A stretch of DNA of 64,000 bases. Source: an uncultured Gemmatimonadaceae bacterium. Lineage in GTDB: Bacteria; Gemmatimonadota; Gemmatimonadetes; Gemmatimonadales; Gemmatimonadaceae. Shown here in pieces: positions 21,769 to 32,829 of the stretch. The notes under the pieces are model-generated. The model did not search any database, was not told the DNA's origin, and was given only the letters and a program-made list of their open reading frames with translations. A program made the position numbers and the translations under genes. The first letter of the stretch is position 1. Each line of letters begins with the position of its first letter. The stretch lies in NCBI GenBank assembly GCA_963829055.1, contig CAWHHI010000016.1:1152001-1216000 (forward strand), in the 5' to 3' direction.

Positions 21769-23577
21769 GTCTTCTCCTCTCGCGGATCGCCGCGCTCGAC
21801 CACGAGCGGGGCGCTTCCTGCGTTGGTATTACCGCGTAAAGTATCGACCATTCCGGCGCGAGAAACGTCCGCACGACGGCCGGCGCGGCCTGATCATGCT
21901 CCAGATCGACGCCCTCGCGTATGCCGACCTGCGCCGCGCGATGGAGCTTGGCTACACGCCGACGTTGTCGCGCATGGTGAACGAGGACGAGTTCACGCTG
22001 CGCCGGTGGTTCTGCGGCCTTCCGTCGGCGACGCCGTACTGCCAGGCCGGCATCTTCCACGGCGAGAACGACGGGATCCCGGCCTTCCGCTTCTATGACA
22101 AGGCGGCGCGTCGAGTGGTCACGTGCAACGCGCCGGAAGGCGTGCAGTACATCCGCGACCGGATCCGCGCCCCCGGCGCTCTGGCGGACGGGTCGAGCTA
22201 CGTGAACCTGCTCGATGGCGACGCGCGCACGGTCGCGTTCACGGTCGCGACCCGGGAACGCATGTCGGTCTACCGCCGACTCGGTGGGACGCGCATGGCG
22301 CTGCTGATTCTGCTCCATCCGCTGCGCGTCGTTCGCATGCTGCTGCAAGGCGGTGGGCGAGTGGCTGCGCGAGGAGTGGGAGCGTGCGCGCGGCGAATGG
22401 GCGGGACGTTTCACGCACGCGGAAGGCATCTTCCCGTTCTTGCGGATCCTCACGAACGTCGTCGTGCGCGAGCTGCAGACGATCGCGATCCTGCTCGACG
22501 TGTACCTCGGCGTGCCGGTCATCTACAGCACGTTCATGCAGTACGATGAGCTCGCGCATCACTTCGGGTCCACGAGCCGGTTCGCGCTCTCCGACCTGCG
22601 GCGCACGGACGCGCGCATCGGCGAGATCGAACGCATGGCGCTCGCGGCGGGCGGCCGCGGATACGATCTCGTGATCCTGAGCGATCACGGCATGACGCCG
22701 TCGGTCGAGCTATCGGGTGCGCTTTCGCGAAACGCTCGGCACGACGGTCCAGCACATTCTCGACGGCGATGCGTTCCGCACGGGCGAGATGCCGATTCGT
22801 TCGCTCGCCAGCTTCGCCGAGACGAGCGAGTATGCCGACGTTGGACCACGCGTCGTGGAGTCGGTGGCGGGCGTGACAACATCGCGTCGTGGGCGTCGCA
22901 CGCTGCGCCGGCTGCGCGATTGGGTGCGGTCGCGCTACGGCCTGCGCGAGCTGGTGTTGCCCGAGAAGTATCGGGTCGACGCGAAGCACGGCGTCGTGGT
23001 GACGTACAGCTCGTGCCTCGCGCTCGTCTACTTCGCGCAGGAAGAAACGCGCCTCGCGCTCGAGGACATCGCCCGCAACGCACGGCACGTGGTCCTGTAC
23101 GACGCGCTGCGTGAGCACCCGGGCATCGGCCTCATCGCGGCGCTGGACGCGCGCGGCGTTCACGTGCAGAGCCGCGCCGGTCGCGCGCGCATCATCGACG
23201 GCGCGGTGGAAGTGCTGGACGGGGAGAATCCGCTGGAGCCGTACGGGGCGGACCCGCTCACCGTCCGCGCGATCGAGTCGCTCGTCAGGCAACCGAACGC
23301 CGGAGACCTCGTGCTGTTCGGTGCGTACGACGGCTACGAGATCGTCTCGTTCGACGACCAGATCGGCGCGCACGGCTCGGCGGGCGGCGACCAGGTGTGG
23401 CCGTTCCTCATCGCGCCAGGGGCGTTAGGCATCGGCAGCGAGCGCATCGAGAATGCGCGCGACATCCACCGCGTCATCATGCGGCGCTACGCGCGCGAGC
23501 CGGTCGCGATGGAAGACGTGCTGGAGCCGGATGAGGAACAGGCAGCAGCCAGTGGAGCAAATCAGCGATCGGGGTAG
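21767..23577 (+). CDS. Alkaline phosphatase / type I phosphodiesterase superfamily protein, frameshifted
   Basis: LQIDAL, LPSATPYCQAGI, YDELAHH, ILSDHG, GAHGSAGG; slips at about 22350 and 22710; start uncertain. Confidence 0.75.
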
Positions 23578-23629
23578 CGTGTCACTACTCGACGCCTAAC
23601 GCGGCTGGCCGGCGACGACACCGGCAATT

Positions 23630-23863
23630 CACCGCAGAGGACGGCTTCGACAACCCTCTCAGACGAGGGGAGCGAACGGATTCGTCTGATCTGGCGGATT
23701 GGCTCCTCGAGCGCGAAGGACGCTACAGCAACGAGCCGAATTGAAGAGGAACAGCCCGGGACATGAATCCGATCATCCGTTCGACGCCTTTCACTCTGAG
23801 CAGCCCGCGCGAGAGCAGTCCTCGGCTTGCATGGTGCGATCCGTCAAATCCCAGGAACGGATC
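23630..23863. repeat. Long imperfect inverted repeat between convergent genes
   Basis: GAGGAC/GTCCTC, CTCAGA/TCTGAG and CGAACGGAT/ATCCGTTCG nested, followed by a GATCCGT/ACGGATC hairpin. Confidence 0.5.
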
Positions 23864-24581
23864 AGCGCTCCAGCGTCGCGAGCGGGGCTTCGAGGGCATC
23901 GCGGAATGCTTCGGTCGACAGGCGGTCCGGTTCGGCACCCTCGCCGGCGCGGCGCTGCACGCCCCTAACGACCGCGTCCAGCGCGTCGAGCGGCGCATCC
24001 GCCTCGGCGACGACGTCCACCTCCCACTTGCCGCGGTCGGCGCCCTTGAGCGTGAGGCGGTAGCGGGCGGTGTGGATCGTGAATCGAGATGCAACGCGCG
24101 CGGCGCTCGCGACGGCGGAACCGGTCAGCACATCGTCGTCATCTGCATCATCGACATCGGCGTCGTCATCCATCTCGTCTTCGTCGGCATCCTCGCCGTC
24201 CTCGTCGCCGTCGTACTCCTCGTCGTCCTCATCGTCATCATCACGCGCGTAGGGCGACTCATGCTCATCATCGTCGATGACTTCAACGACTTCCGTGACT
24301 TCGATGACTTCGTCGCTCTCGACTTCCGCGACCTGAGCCAACGCCGGCGAGATCTCCTCGCTCTCCGCGAGGATGACTACGTCGGTTGCCTCCGATAACT
24401 CCGCCTGCGGCTCCGCTGACGCCAGTACTGGTGCCGGCCGCCGAGGATCTTCCGCGACGACGGCCACGCCCGTCTCCACGCCGCCCTGGCGAATGGGCGG
24501 AAAGAGGTGAAGCTCGATCACGTGTTCGACCGGCACGCGTTGCGCGATGGCGCGCAGGAATCGCTGCTGCGTTTCCGTCAT
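23862..24581 (-). CDS. Hypothetical protein with internal Asp/Glu-rich tract
   Basis: Open frame coupled by ATGA overlap to the upstream gene; folded-looking ends flank an acidic low-complexity insert. Confidence 0.7.
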   Translation of the reverse strand: MTETQQRFLRAIAQRVPVEHVIELHLFPPIRQGGVETGVAVVAEDPRRPAPVLASAEPQAELSEATDVVILAESEEISPALAQVAEVESDEVIEVTEVVEVIDDDEHESPYARDDDDEDDEEYDGDEDGEDADEDEMDDDADVDDADDDDVLTGSAVASAARVASRFTIHTARYRLTLKGADRGKWEVDVVAEADAPLDALDAVVRGVQRRAGEGAEPDRLSTEAFRDALEAPLATLER

Positions 24582-25702
24582 CGCGCGACCGCCGCCGGTC
24601 GAGCCGACGGGAGTGTGGCAGTACGACTGTCGAGCTCGCGCTCCACGAAGAGCCGAAGGATGTGCATGAAGTCCTGAGCGTTGGTGACGACGCCGAAAGC
24701 CTGATGAGTGCCGCGATCCTTGAGCTTGCTCACGACGAATTCGGCGGAGTCGACGCAGATGGTCGGCATCTCGCGCAGAGTGCCGTCGGGTTCCGTGACG
24801 AACGCGGGCAGCATGTTGCCAGTCGCGATGGCGTGCAGGGCGGTCGCGATCATCACGGCCATCGTCGCCTTCGTGGTGTGATGCTTCATCGCGTCCTGCG
24901 CGACCGCCGTGTCCGTGTAGACGCCAGGCAGCGGGCCGTCATCGCGAATCGAGCCGCACAGCACGTACGGGATCTTCTTCACCACGCACGCGTGCATGAT
25001 GCCGTCGGTGATGACGCCGGTCTCCACAGCACGCTCGATCGAACCGGCAGCGCGCACCTTGTTGATGGCGCGCATGTGCAGCCCGTGTCCGCCGACGGTG
25101 GATTCGCCCTTCCCCGTCATGCCGAGCGTCGTACCGAAGATGGACGCTTCGATGTCGTGAACGGCGACGGCGTTGCCCGCCAGCAGCGCGTGGACGAAGC
25201 CGTTCATGATGAACCACGTCATGTCCGACCGCGCGCGTGAATGCACGAGCGCCGGACCTGTCACCCACACGACGTAGCCGCCACGCTCGCGCTCCTCGAT
25301 GAGCAATCTCGCGAGGTGCACGTAGTCGATCGGCTTCTCGCGCGACACCTCGCTCGCCATGAACTTGAACTCGCCATCGTCGTGCCCGCCGGCCGCTTCG
25401 GTGTGCACGTAGATGCCTTCGGTTCCGTCCTCTTTCTTGCCGACGGCGACGAGGTCGCCGGAGCGGACGCGTCGCATCTCGCGGACCCAGAGCACGCCTT
25501 CGCGGTCGATGACGAGGGCCGAGTCCATCCGGGGCTCGCGCGGAAGGCGCCATTCGCCGCGGACACGGACGTAGGTCGGCAGGTTCGTCGTCGAGAAAAA
25601 GTCCTCGGGCAGCACGCCGTCCGCCGGCGCCGGGACGAAGCGGGCATCCGGCGCAGTCGAGAACCGCGCCGCACTGAAATCGGGGTGTGGAATCGTCGTC
25701 AC
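24578..25702 (-). CDS. TIGR00300 / LOR-SDH family protein (ArgZ/AgrE C-terminal-like, putative ornithine cyclodeaminase)
   Basis: [65 protein letters not shown]. Confidence 0.75.
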   Translation of the reverse strand: MTTIPHPDFSAARFSTAPDARFVPAPADGVLPEDFFSTTNLPTYVRVRGEWRLPREPRMDSALVIDREGVLWVREMRRVRSGDLVAVGKKEDGTEGIYVHTEAAGGHDDGEFKFMASEVSREKPIDYVHLARLLIEERERGGYVVWVTGPALVHSRARSDMTWFIMNGFVHALLAGNAVAVHDIEASIFGTTLGMTGKGESTVGGHGLHMRAINKVRAAGSIERAVETGVITDGIMHACVVKKIPYVLCGSIRDDGPLPGVYTDTAVAQDAMKHHTTKATMAVMIATALHAIATGNMLPAFVTEPDGTLREMPTICVDSAEFVVSKLKDRGTHQAFGVVTNAQDFMHILRLFVERELDSRTATLPSARPAAVAR

Positions 25703-25803
25703 GGGGGGAAAGATGCTCAGCCGGTGGCGGGTGGGCCAACCCCCTGCGCCCCTCGGGCGTAAGTTCAGGTAGGGGAATCCATGATCCGCGTCCGGAGGAT
25801 TGC

Positions 25804-27796
25804 ATGAGCACCGCGAGTACGGCGCATCGCCGCTTCAAGCTGCCTGGCCTGGCGTTCGCGCTGGCCGTCACCTGCGCCGTCAACGCAGCGGCGCAAGGGC
25901 GCGCTCCACGGGACACGGCGCTCGTCGCGCGGCGCGATTCGCTCGAGCGCGAGCTGCAGCGGATCGCAGTCGTCGATCGGAAGCTCATGGTGCCCATGCG
26001 GGATGGGGCGAAGATGCAGTTCGACGTGTATCGCCCGAAGAACGCGAACGGGCCGGTGCCGGCGATCTTCGTCCGCACGCCCTACAACATGAACTTCTGG
26101 GACGTCACCCTCGGCGCCCCGGCCGATATGACGGCGCAGCTCGACGCGGTGAAGCGCGGCTACGCGTACGTCGGCGCCAACGAGCGCGGACACTTCTTCT
26201 CCGAGGGGAACTACGACATTCTCGGACCGCCGACCACGGACGGAACGGATGAGATCCAGTGGATCTCGTCGCAGAACTGGTCGAACGGCAAGGTCGGCCT
26301 GATCGGCTGCTCGTCGACCGCGGAGTGGCAGATGGCCGTCGCGGCGCAGGCGCCCGAAGGGCCTCGCGACGATCATCCCGCAGGGGTTCGGCGCCGGTGT
26401 CGGTCGCGTGAAGCCGTACTACGAGCAGGGCAACTGGTACCGCGGCGGCGCGGTGCAGATGCTGTTCATCGACTGGCTGTACGGCGAGCAGAACCAGGTG
26501 CGACCGACGTTCCCGCCGAACACGTCGCAGGAAGATCTCATTCGCGCAGCCAGGTCGTTCGACCTCGCTGACCATCAGCCGCCGGTCGACTGGGACAAGG
26601 CGTTCTGGCATTTGCCGGAGAAGGATCTGCTGAAAGCCGTCGGTGGCCCGCGCGGCATCTTCGCGGATTCGATGCCGGGGATCGCGACCGGTGGGGCGAT
26701 GATCCAGCGCACGCCTAACGATCCGGCGTGGTACCGCGGTGGGCTGTTCAACGACGACATGAAGATCAACGTGCCCGGCCTGTGGTTCATGTCGTGGTAC
26801 GACGTGTCCGTCGGGCCGAACCTCGCGACGTACAACTACGTGCGCCGCACAGCCGACCCGGCTATCGCGAATCAGCAGTATGCGGTGATCGCGCCGACGC
26901 TTCACTGCTCGTACAAGCGCGCGACGGAGAACACGATCGTCGGTGAGCGGAGCGTTGGTGACGCGCGGCTCGACTACGACGCGCTCACGTACGGGTGGTT
27001 CGACATGTTCCTCAAAGGCGAGAAGAACGGGCTGCTCGACACGCTGCCGAAGATCCGCTACTACACGATGGGCTCGAACAAATGGCAGTCGACGGACACA
27101 TGGCCGCCGCGTGGCGCAGAGGGCATGTCGTTTTATCTGTCGAGTGAAGGCGGCGCCAACACGCGGAATGGAAACGGCGTGCTGACCACGAAGGCACCGT
27201 CCGACGACAAGCCGGACACGTTCGCGTATGACCCCATGCACCCGGTGATGTCACACGGCGGCAACGTGTGCTGCCAGGGCAATGCGCTCGCGGGTGGCGC
27301 GCTCGATCAGCAGGAGACGGAGTTGCGGCCCGACGTGCTCGTGTACACGACGGAGCCGTTCAAGGAAGGCATGGAGATGAGCGGGCCGATCGACGCAACG
27401 ATCTACCTCTCGTCGGACCGGAAGGACACGGATGTCACGGTGAAGATCATCGACGTGTATCCGGACGGCAAAGCGTACAACCTGGACGAGACGATCCAGC
27501 GTGTGCGCTATCGCGACGGCTACGACAAACCGGTGACGTTCATGGAGCCGGGCAAGGTCTACAAGGTCGCGCTGCAGCCGATGACGACGAGCAACTACTT
27601 CGCGCCGGGCCATCGCATCCGGATCGAGGTGTCGAGCTCGAACTTCCCGCGCTTCGATCGCAACCTGAACACGGGCGGGAAGAACTACGACGAAACGACG
27701 GGACTGGTGGCGAAAAACGTCATTCACCACTCGAAGCAATATCCGTCGTCGATCAAGATCACAGTGGTGAAGAAACCGCCGACCGCGGACAACTAG
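25804..27796 (+). CDS. CocE/NonD family serine hydrolase (secreted), one frameshift
   Basis: [44 protein letters not shown]; slip at about 26360. Confidence 0.9.
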
Positions 27797-27805
27797 GAGT
27801 CCGCG

Positions 27806-27865
27806 GGAAGGAGGCCTGAGGAAGGAGGTTGTCTCCTCTGGCCTCTTCCCCGGCCTCCTTCCTCA
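27806..27865. terminator. Purine/pyrimidine inverted repeat between convergent cocE-like gene and priA
   Basis: GGAAGGAGGCC ... GGCCTCCTTCC. Confidence 0.5.
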
Positions 27866-30142
27866 CAGCAGACTGACCGGATCCCGATCGAGCGCGACGC
27901 GCAACTGACTTCGGTTCTTCGGCACCTCGAGACGCTCGACGAGAAAGCGACACGCGCGCGTCAGCAGCGCGGGGTTCGTACTCTTGAGCAGGAGGTGCCA
28001 GCGCCACCGGGTCTTCACGCGCTCGATCGGGCACGGTGCCGGACCCACCACCGAGATGTCGCTGCCGTACTTCGCGACCGCTCGACGTAGGCGATCCGAC
28101 GTCGTCGACGCGAGCTTCTGCGTCTCGTTCTCGTGGAGCCCCGAAAAGATCACGTTCGCGAGACGCGTGTACGGCGGATACGCCGGCTCACCGCGGCCGC
28201 CTAACTCCTGCTCGACGAATCCGCTGTAGTCGTGCGCGACCGCGCAAACGACGGCGTGATGCCCTGGCACGCGCGTCTGAATCAGCACTCGGCCACCCTT
28301 CGGCCCGCGGCCTGCGCGCCCAGCCACCTGACTCAGCAGCTGGAAGCAACGCTCCGATGAGCGGAAGTCCGGCAGGTTGATGCCGACGTCCGCATCGATC
28401 ACGCCGACGAGCGTCACGTTAGGGAAGTCGAGTCCCTTCGCGATCATCTGCGTGCCGAGCAGGATGTCGACCTCGCCGCGGCCGACACGATCGAGAATGT
28501 CGGCGTGCGCCCACTTCCCTGTCGTCGTATCGACGTCCATGCGCGCGATCCGCGCCGACGGAAAGCGCTCCGACAACAGACGCTCCACCTGCTGCGTGCC
28601 GAGTCCACGCCTGCGCAATGTGTCGCCGCCGCACCGCTTGCAGCGTGGTGTCGGCTCTTCCTTGTGCAGGCAGTAGTGGCAGACCAGCCGCTCAGGCGTG
28701 CAATGGTACGTGAGCGAGATCGTACAATTCGGGCACGTCGATACGTCGCCGCACTGACTGCACTGCACGAACGACGCGTACCCGCGGCGGTTGAGCAGGA
28801 GAATGCTCTGCTCTCCGCGGGCGAGACAGTCGACGAGCTCACGCTCGAGCGGGTCGCTCACGACGAGCGTGAAGGGATCGGGCGGCGCCTGAGAATCACG
28901 CGCCGGCAGGCGGCGCATGTTGACCACATCGATCTTCGGAAGGCTTCCACCACCGACGCGCTCCGGCAACGAGAGCCGTTTGTACTTCCCCGACGTCGCG
29001 TTCGTCCAGCTCTCCAGGCTCGGGGTCGCGCTACCGAGCACGACGACCGCGCCCTCATTGCGCGCGCGCACGATCGCGACCTCGCGCGCGTGATAGCGCG
29101 GCGATTCGGCCTGCTTGTAGCTGCCCTCGTGCTCCTCGTCGACGATGATCGCGCCGACGTTGCGAAGCGGCGCGAAGATGGCCGACCGCGCGCCGACGGC
29201 AATGCGCTTCTCGCCTCGACGAAGAGCGAGCCATGCGTCGTAGCGCTCGCCGTCGCTCAGCGCTGAATGGAGTACGGCAACGTCATCTCCGAAGACGAGA
29301 CGGAATCGATCGACGGTCTGTGGCGTCAGCGCGATCTCGGGCACGAGCACGATGGCCGTCTGCCCGCGATCGCGCACCACACGTTCGAGCAGCTCGATGT
29401 ACACGAGCGTCTTGCCACTGCCCGTGATCCCGTGCAGGAGAAACACTTCGCCCGGCGCACCCGCCGCGAGTGCGGAGATCGCCTGCTGCTGATCGGCCGT
29501 TGGCGCGTGGCGACGCGTCGAGATCTGCGGCCGCGCGGCGAATGGATCACGCTGCACGATCTCTTCGCGGACCGTGACGAGATTTCGCGCGACGAGTCCC
29601 TTGAGCACCGACGGCGAGAAGCTGAGCTGCTCGAGGAGATGCTCGACCGGCGAGCGGCCGCCTAACGATTCCATGAGCTCGTACAACGCGCGCTGCTGCG
29701 GCGCACGGGCGAAGATGCGGTCGCGATGCATCAGCGACGACAGCTCGTTCGTGATCACGGCAATCCGGCGGACCTTCTGCTGCGGCGTCGGGACCGCCGC
29801 GCCGGTCATGAGCGCGGGCAGCACTCCGCGAAGCACGACGCCCAGCGGAACGACGTAGTACGCCGCCATCCAGCGACACAACTCCAGCATCGCGGCGTCG
29901 ATCGCCGGCTCGGCGTCCGGCGCCTCGATGATCGACTTGTAGCGGCGCGCCGTGTCGGTCTCTTCGACGAAGCCCACACACACACCGACCTCCTTCCGGT
30001 TCCGGAAGGGGACCACGACGCGCGTGCCGGGCACGATGGCGTTCGCGTACTGATCGTCAGCGCGATACGAGAACGTGTTGAACAGCGGCAGCGCCAGCGC
30101 GACCTCGACGAGCACGTCAGCGGCCGTGGTCGACGCTCGCAT
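27863..30142 (-). CDS. priA: Primosomal protein N' (replication restart helicase)
   Basis: LLHGITGSGKT, LVPEIALTPQ, DEEH, GSATPS, four CxxC motifs, GTQMIAKGLDFPNVTLVG, QVAGRAGR. Confidence 0.97.
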   Translation of the reverse strand: MRASTTAADVLVEVALALPLFNTFSYRADDQYANAIVPGTRVVVPFRNRKEVGVCVGFVEETDTARRYKSIIEAPDAEPAIDAAMLELCRWMAAYYVVPLGVVLRGVLPALMTGAAVPTPQQKVRRIAVITNELSSLMHRDRIFARAPQQRALYELMESLGGRSPVEHLLEQLSFSPSVLKGLVARNLVTVREEIVQRDPFAARPQISTRRHAPTADQQQAISALAAGAPGEVFLLHGITGSGKTLVYIELLERVVRDRGQTAIVLVPEIALTPQTVDRFRLVFGDDVAVLHSALSDGERYDAWLALRRGEKRIAVGARSAIFAPLRNVGAIIVDEEHEGSYKQAESPRYHAREVAIVRARNEGAVVVLGSATPSLESWTNATSGKYKRLSLPERVGGGSLPKIDVVNMRRLPARDSQAPPDPFTLVVSDPLERELVDCLARGEQSILLLNRRGYASFVQCSQCGDVSTCPNCTISLTYHCTPERLVCHYCLHKEEPTPRCKRCGGDTLRRRGLGTQQVERLLSERFPSARIARMDVDTTTGKWAHADILDRVGRGEVDILLGTQMIAKGLDFPNVTLVGVIDADVGINLPDFRSSERCFQLLSQVAGRAGRGPKGGRVLIQTRVPGHHAVVCAVAHDYSGFVEQELGGRGEPAYPPYTRLANVIFSGLHENETQKLASTTSDRLRRAVAKYGSDISVVGPAPCPIERVKTRWRWHLLLKSTNPALLTRACRFLVERLEVPKNRSQLRVALDRDPVSLL

Positions 30143-31175
30143 CGTGGCGCGGCCTAACGCCGAGCCCGGGGGTGGCCGGCAGCGTGATGACGCCGCCGGC
30201 GATCGACGCGCCTTCGAAGGGATCGTTCGCGAGCAGCGCCGCCCCGTCGAGGTCCGCGTAGTCGAGCAATGGTGCGAGGTGCGCGACCGCCGTGATCCCA
30301 AGGCTCGTCTCGACCATGCAGCCGGCCATGACGGACATGTCGTGCGCCCGCGCGGCGGCAATGATTCGCATGGCTTCCCGAATCCCGCCGCATTTCGCGA
30401 GTTTGAGGTTGATGCCATCGACCGCGCCGGCGAGCTTCGGCACGTCCGTCGCGACGAGACACGACTCATCGGCGATGATCGGGAGCGGCGAACGGTCGCG
30501 CACGAAGCGAAGTCCCTCGATGTCGTGCGCAGCGACAGGTTGCTCGACGAACTCGACATCATAGTCCAACAGCAGGTCGATCATGCGCAACGCGCTCTTC
30601 GGCGTCCACGCCGCATTCGCGTCCACGCGAAGAATCTTGTCTGGCTCGGCCGCACGAACGGCGGCAATCGTGTGCGCATCACGGGTGCCACCGAGCTTCA
30701 CCTTGAGCACCGGGTATGGGGCCGCATCCTCCAGCGCGCGATGCAGCCCCTCGTCATCGTTGGTGAGCGGGATGGTGAAGCTCGACTGCGGCGCGCGCGC
30801 GGGATCGAGGCTCAGCATGCGATGCAGCGGCACGCCGAGCCGTTTGGCCGCGAGGTCATGCAGCGCCGCGCTCACGGCCGATTTCGCCGAGCCGTTGAAC
30901 CGGATCACGCGATGCATCTCGGCCTCGATGGCCTCGAGCGACCATGCATGCATGCCATGCAGCGCCGCGAAAAGCCGGTCGATCACCGCGATCACCGTCT
31001 CCGTCGTCTCTCCATAGAAGCGACTCGGCGCAGCTTCACCCCAGCCCTCGGCGCCGTCGTCATCGATGATGCGAACCCAGACGAGACGCCACTCGCTCGC
31101 GCCCCCACGCGCGATGACGAATGGCGTTCGCGTTCGCACCGTCATGATCTCATGCTCGAGCCTCAGTGTGCTCAT
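30117..31175 (-). CDS. L-Ala-D/L-Glu dipeptide epimerase (enolase superfamily)
   Basis: GWGEAAP, KVKLG, RVDANAAW, EQP, ADES, NLKLAKCGG, DLDG. Confidence 0.9.
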   Translation of the reverse strand: MSTLRLEHEIMTVRTRTPFVIARGGASEWRLVWVRIIDDDGAEGWGEAAPSRFYGETTETVIAVIDRLFAALHGMHAWSLEAIEAEMHRVIRFNGSAKSAVSAALHDLAAKRLGVPLHRMLSLDPARAPQSSFTIPLTNDDEGLHRALEDAAPYPVLKVKLGGTRDAHTIAAVRAAEPDKILRVDANAAWTPKSALRMIDLLLDYDVEFVEQPVAAHDIEGLRFVRDRSPLPIIADESCLVATDVPKLAGAVDGINLKLAKCGGIREAMRIIAAARAHDMSVMAGCMVETSLGITAVAHLAPLLDYADLDGAALLANDPFEGASIAGGVITLPATPGLGVRPRHDASVDHGR

Positions 31176-32182
31176 ATCGGCGTCGCCGGTGCTCCGCCGC
31201 CACGGCGAGCGAACCACGCCGCGCGCGTTTCGCCGGGAGAGCCAACCGTCATGAGGAAGTCGAGCAGCGCATCTGCGAGCTCGGCTCCGGTCTGGAAGCG
31301 CACATCAGCGGGCTTCGCGAGACAGCGCATCACGAGCGCCGACAGCTCGGGCGAAACGCGCGAGTCCACGACCTCGGGCGCAGCGGCCGTCTCGTGGACG
31401 TGCTTGTAGCCCACCGAATACGAATCCGCGCCATCGAATGGCGGGAAACCAAGCAGCATCTCGTACAGCATGACGCCGACGGCGTAGATGTCGCTGCGGC
31501 CGTCCACCATCTTGCCCATCGCCTGCTCCGGCGACATGTAGTGCGGCGTGCCCATCGCCCGGCCCGTTCCCGTTAGGCGCCCGTGAAAGCGAGCCGTCGC
31601 GATCCCGAAGTCCGTGATCAGTGCGTGGCCGTCCTCGTCGAACAGCACGTTGTCCGGCTTCACGTCGCGATGGACGACACCGCGGCGATGCGCGTAGTCG
31701 AGCGCCGTCGCGATCTGTGCGCAGACCGCCGCTGCCGAACCCGCGCCTACCGTCCGCTCCTTCACGAGCACGTCCGCCAGCGACCCGCCAGCGAGATACG
31801 GCATGACGATGAACACGGCTTCGGCCGCTTCGGCGTAGTCGATGATCGTGCAGATGTGCGGGTGCACGAGCTGACTCGCCGACTCCGCCTCTCGCCGGAA
31901 ACGCTCGCGCATCTCTTCGTCACGCGCGAGGTGCGTGTGCAGCACCTTGATGACGAGCGGCCGCTCGAGCAATTGATGCTCGGCGTAGTAGACGTTCGCC
32001 ATGCCGCCGCTGCCGAGGCGGCGGATCACGCGGTAGCGGCTCCCCGTTAGGCGCCGGAGTGCGCTCAACTCCTCCTCGGGACGCTCGCGCGGAGCGTCCG
32101 CGATCTCGGGGAGCTCGGTGGTGCATCGCGTGCAGCGCACCGCGCGGGCGCGATTCCAGGTGCCGCAGTCGGGACAGAACAT
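31172..32182 (-). CDS. Soluble Hanks-type Ser/Thr kinase with N-terminal zinc ribbon
   Basis: CPDC..CTRC, LGSGGMANVY, HRDVKPDN, DFGIA, GTPHYMSPEQ. Confidence 0.93.
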   Translation of the reverse strand: MFCPDCGTWNRARAVRCTRCTTELPEIADAPRERPEEELSALRRLTGSRYRVIRRLGSGGMANVYYAEHQLLERPLVIKVLHTHLARDEEMRERFRREAESASQLVHPHICTIIDYAEAAEAVFIVMPYLAGGSLADVLVKERTVGAGSAAAVCAQIATALDYAHRRGVVHRDVKPDNVLFDEDGHALITDFGIATARFHGRLTGTGRAMGTPHYMSPEQAMGKMVDGRSDIYAVGVMLYEMLLGFPPFDGADSYSVGYKHVHETAAAPEVVDSRVSPELSALVMRCLAKPADVRFQTGAELADALLDFLMTVGSPGETRAAWFARRGGGAPATPI

Positions 32183-32183
32183 G

Positions 32184-32828
32184 TCAGGCTCCGAACTGCA
32201 TGCGGACGAAATCGTACGGCGGCCAGGGCCCCGTACACTCGAGCTGCATCTCGCGCAGTCGTTTCTGTTCCTCGCGAACGATGTCGTAGAATGCGTCCCA
32301 GCGCTCGCGCTCGATCAGAAACGACGCGCGCGCGGCCGGCCCGGACTCGCCAGCGTGGTTGTTGATCACGAGCAATGTCACCGCGTGGCGGCGAAGAACG
32401 CGGAAGCTCTCGTTCGCCGCGTTCTCGACGAGATCCGCGTCGATGGCCATCGTCGTCGTGGTGTCCGGCTCGTCGCCGTATGACACGGTCACGCGCGCCA
32501 TGGCGCGATCGGCCACGAACGTGACCGCTTCGATGAGCGTGAAGTAGTGAAGCTCCAGCCAGCGCATCAGCGAGTCACGTCCACGAAACACCGAACCGAA
32601 TGGCGCCGGCACGATCGTCTGTCGCGCGAACGCGCCCTCGACGACGCTCCTGTATTCCGCAATGTGCTGCGGTGACGGCGTCGGAGCGGCGTAGGGCGAC
32701 TCGGACACCAGGGCGCCGAGGTCGCGAAAGGCAATGACAGTCGCACCGCGCACCGGAGACGCAGAACCACCGACGTCGAGCGAGATGATCCCGTACAACT
32801 GCAGCGCGCGTTGCTGCGCCGAAGGCAC
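32184..32828 (-). CDS. GvpF/GvpL family protein (stand-alone)
   Basis: LYGII, FRDLGALVS, IVPAPFGSVF, SFLIER and terminal GPWPPYDFV. Confidence 0.8.
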   Translation of the reverse strand: MPSAQQRALQLYGIISLDVGGSASPVRGATVIAFRDLGALVSESPYAAPTPSPQHIAEYRSVVEGAFARQTIVPAPFGSVFRGRDSLMRWLELHYFTLIEAVTFVADRAMARVTVSYGDEPDTTTTMAIDADLVENAANESFRVLRRHAVTLLVINNHAGESGPAARASFLIERERWDAFYDIVREEQKRLREMQLECTGPWPPYDFVRMQFGA

Positions 32829-32829
32829 G

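Noticed and set aside
9946..32182. PP2C and Ser/Thr kinase as T6SS PppA/PpkA
   Set aside because: They lie 12-33 kb from the T6SS in housekeeping contexts, and the kinase lacks a TM or periplasmic sensor; no direct evidence.
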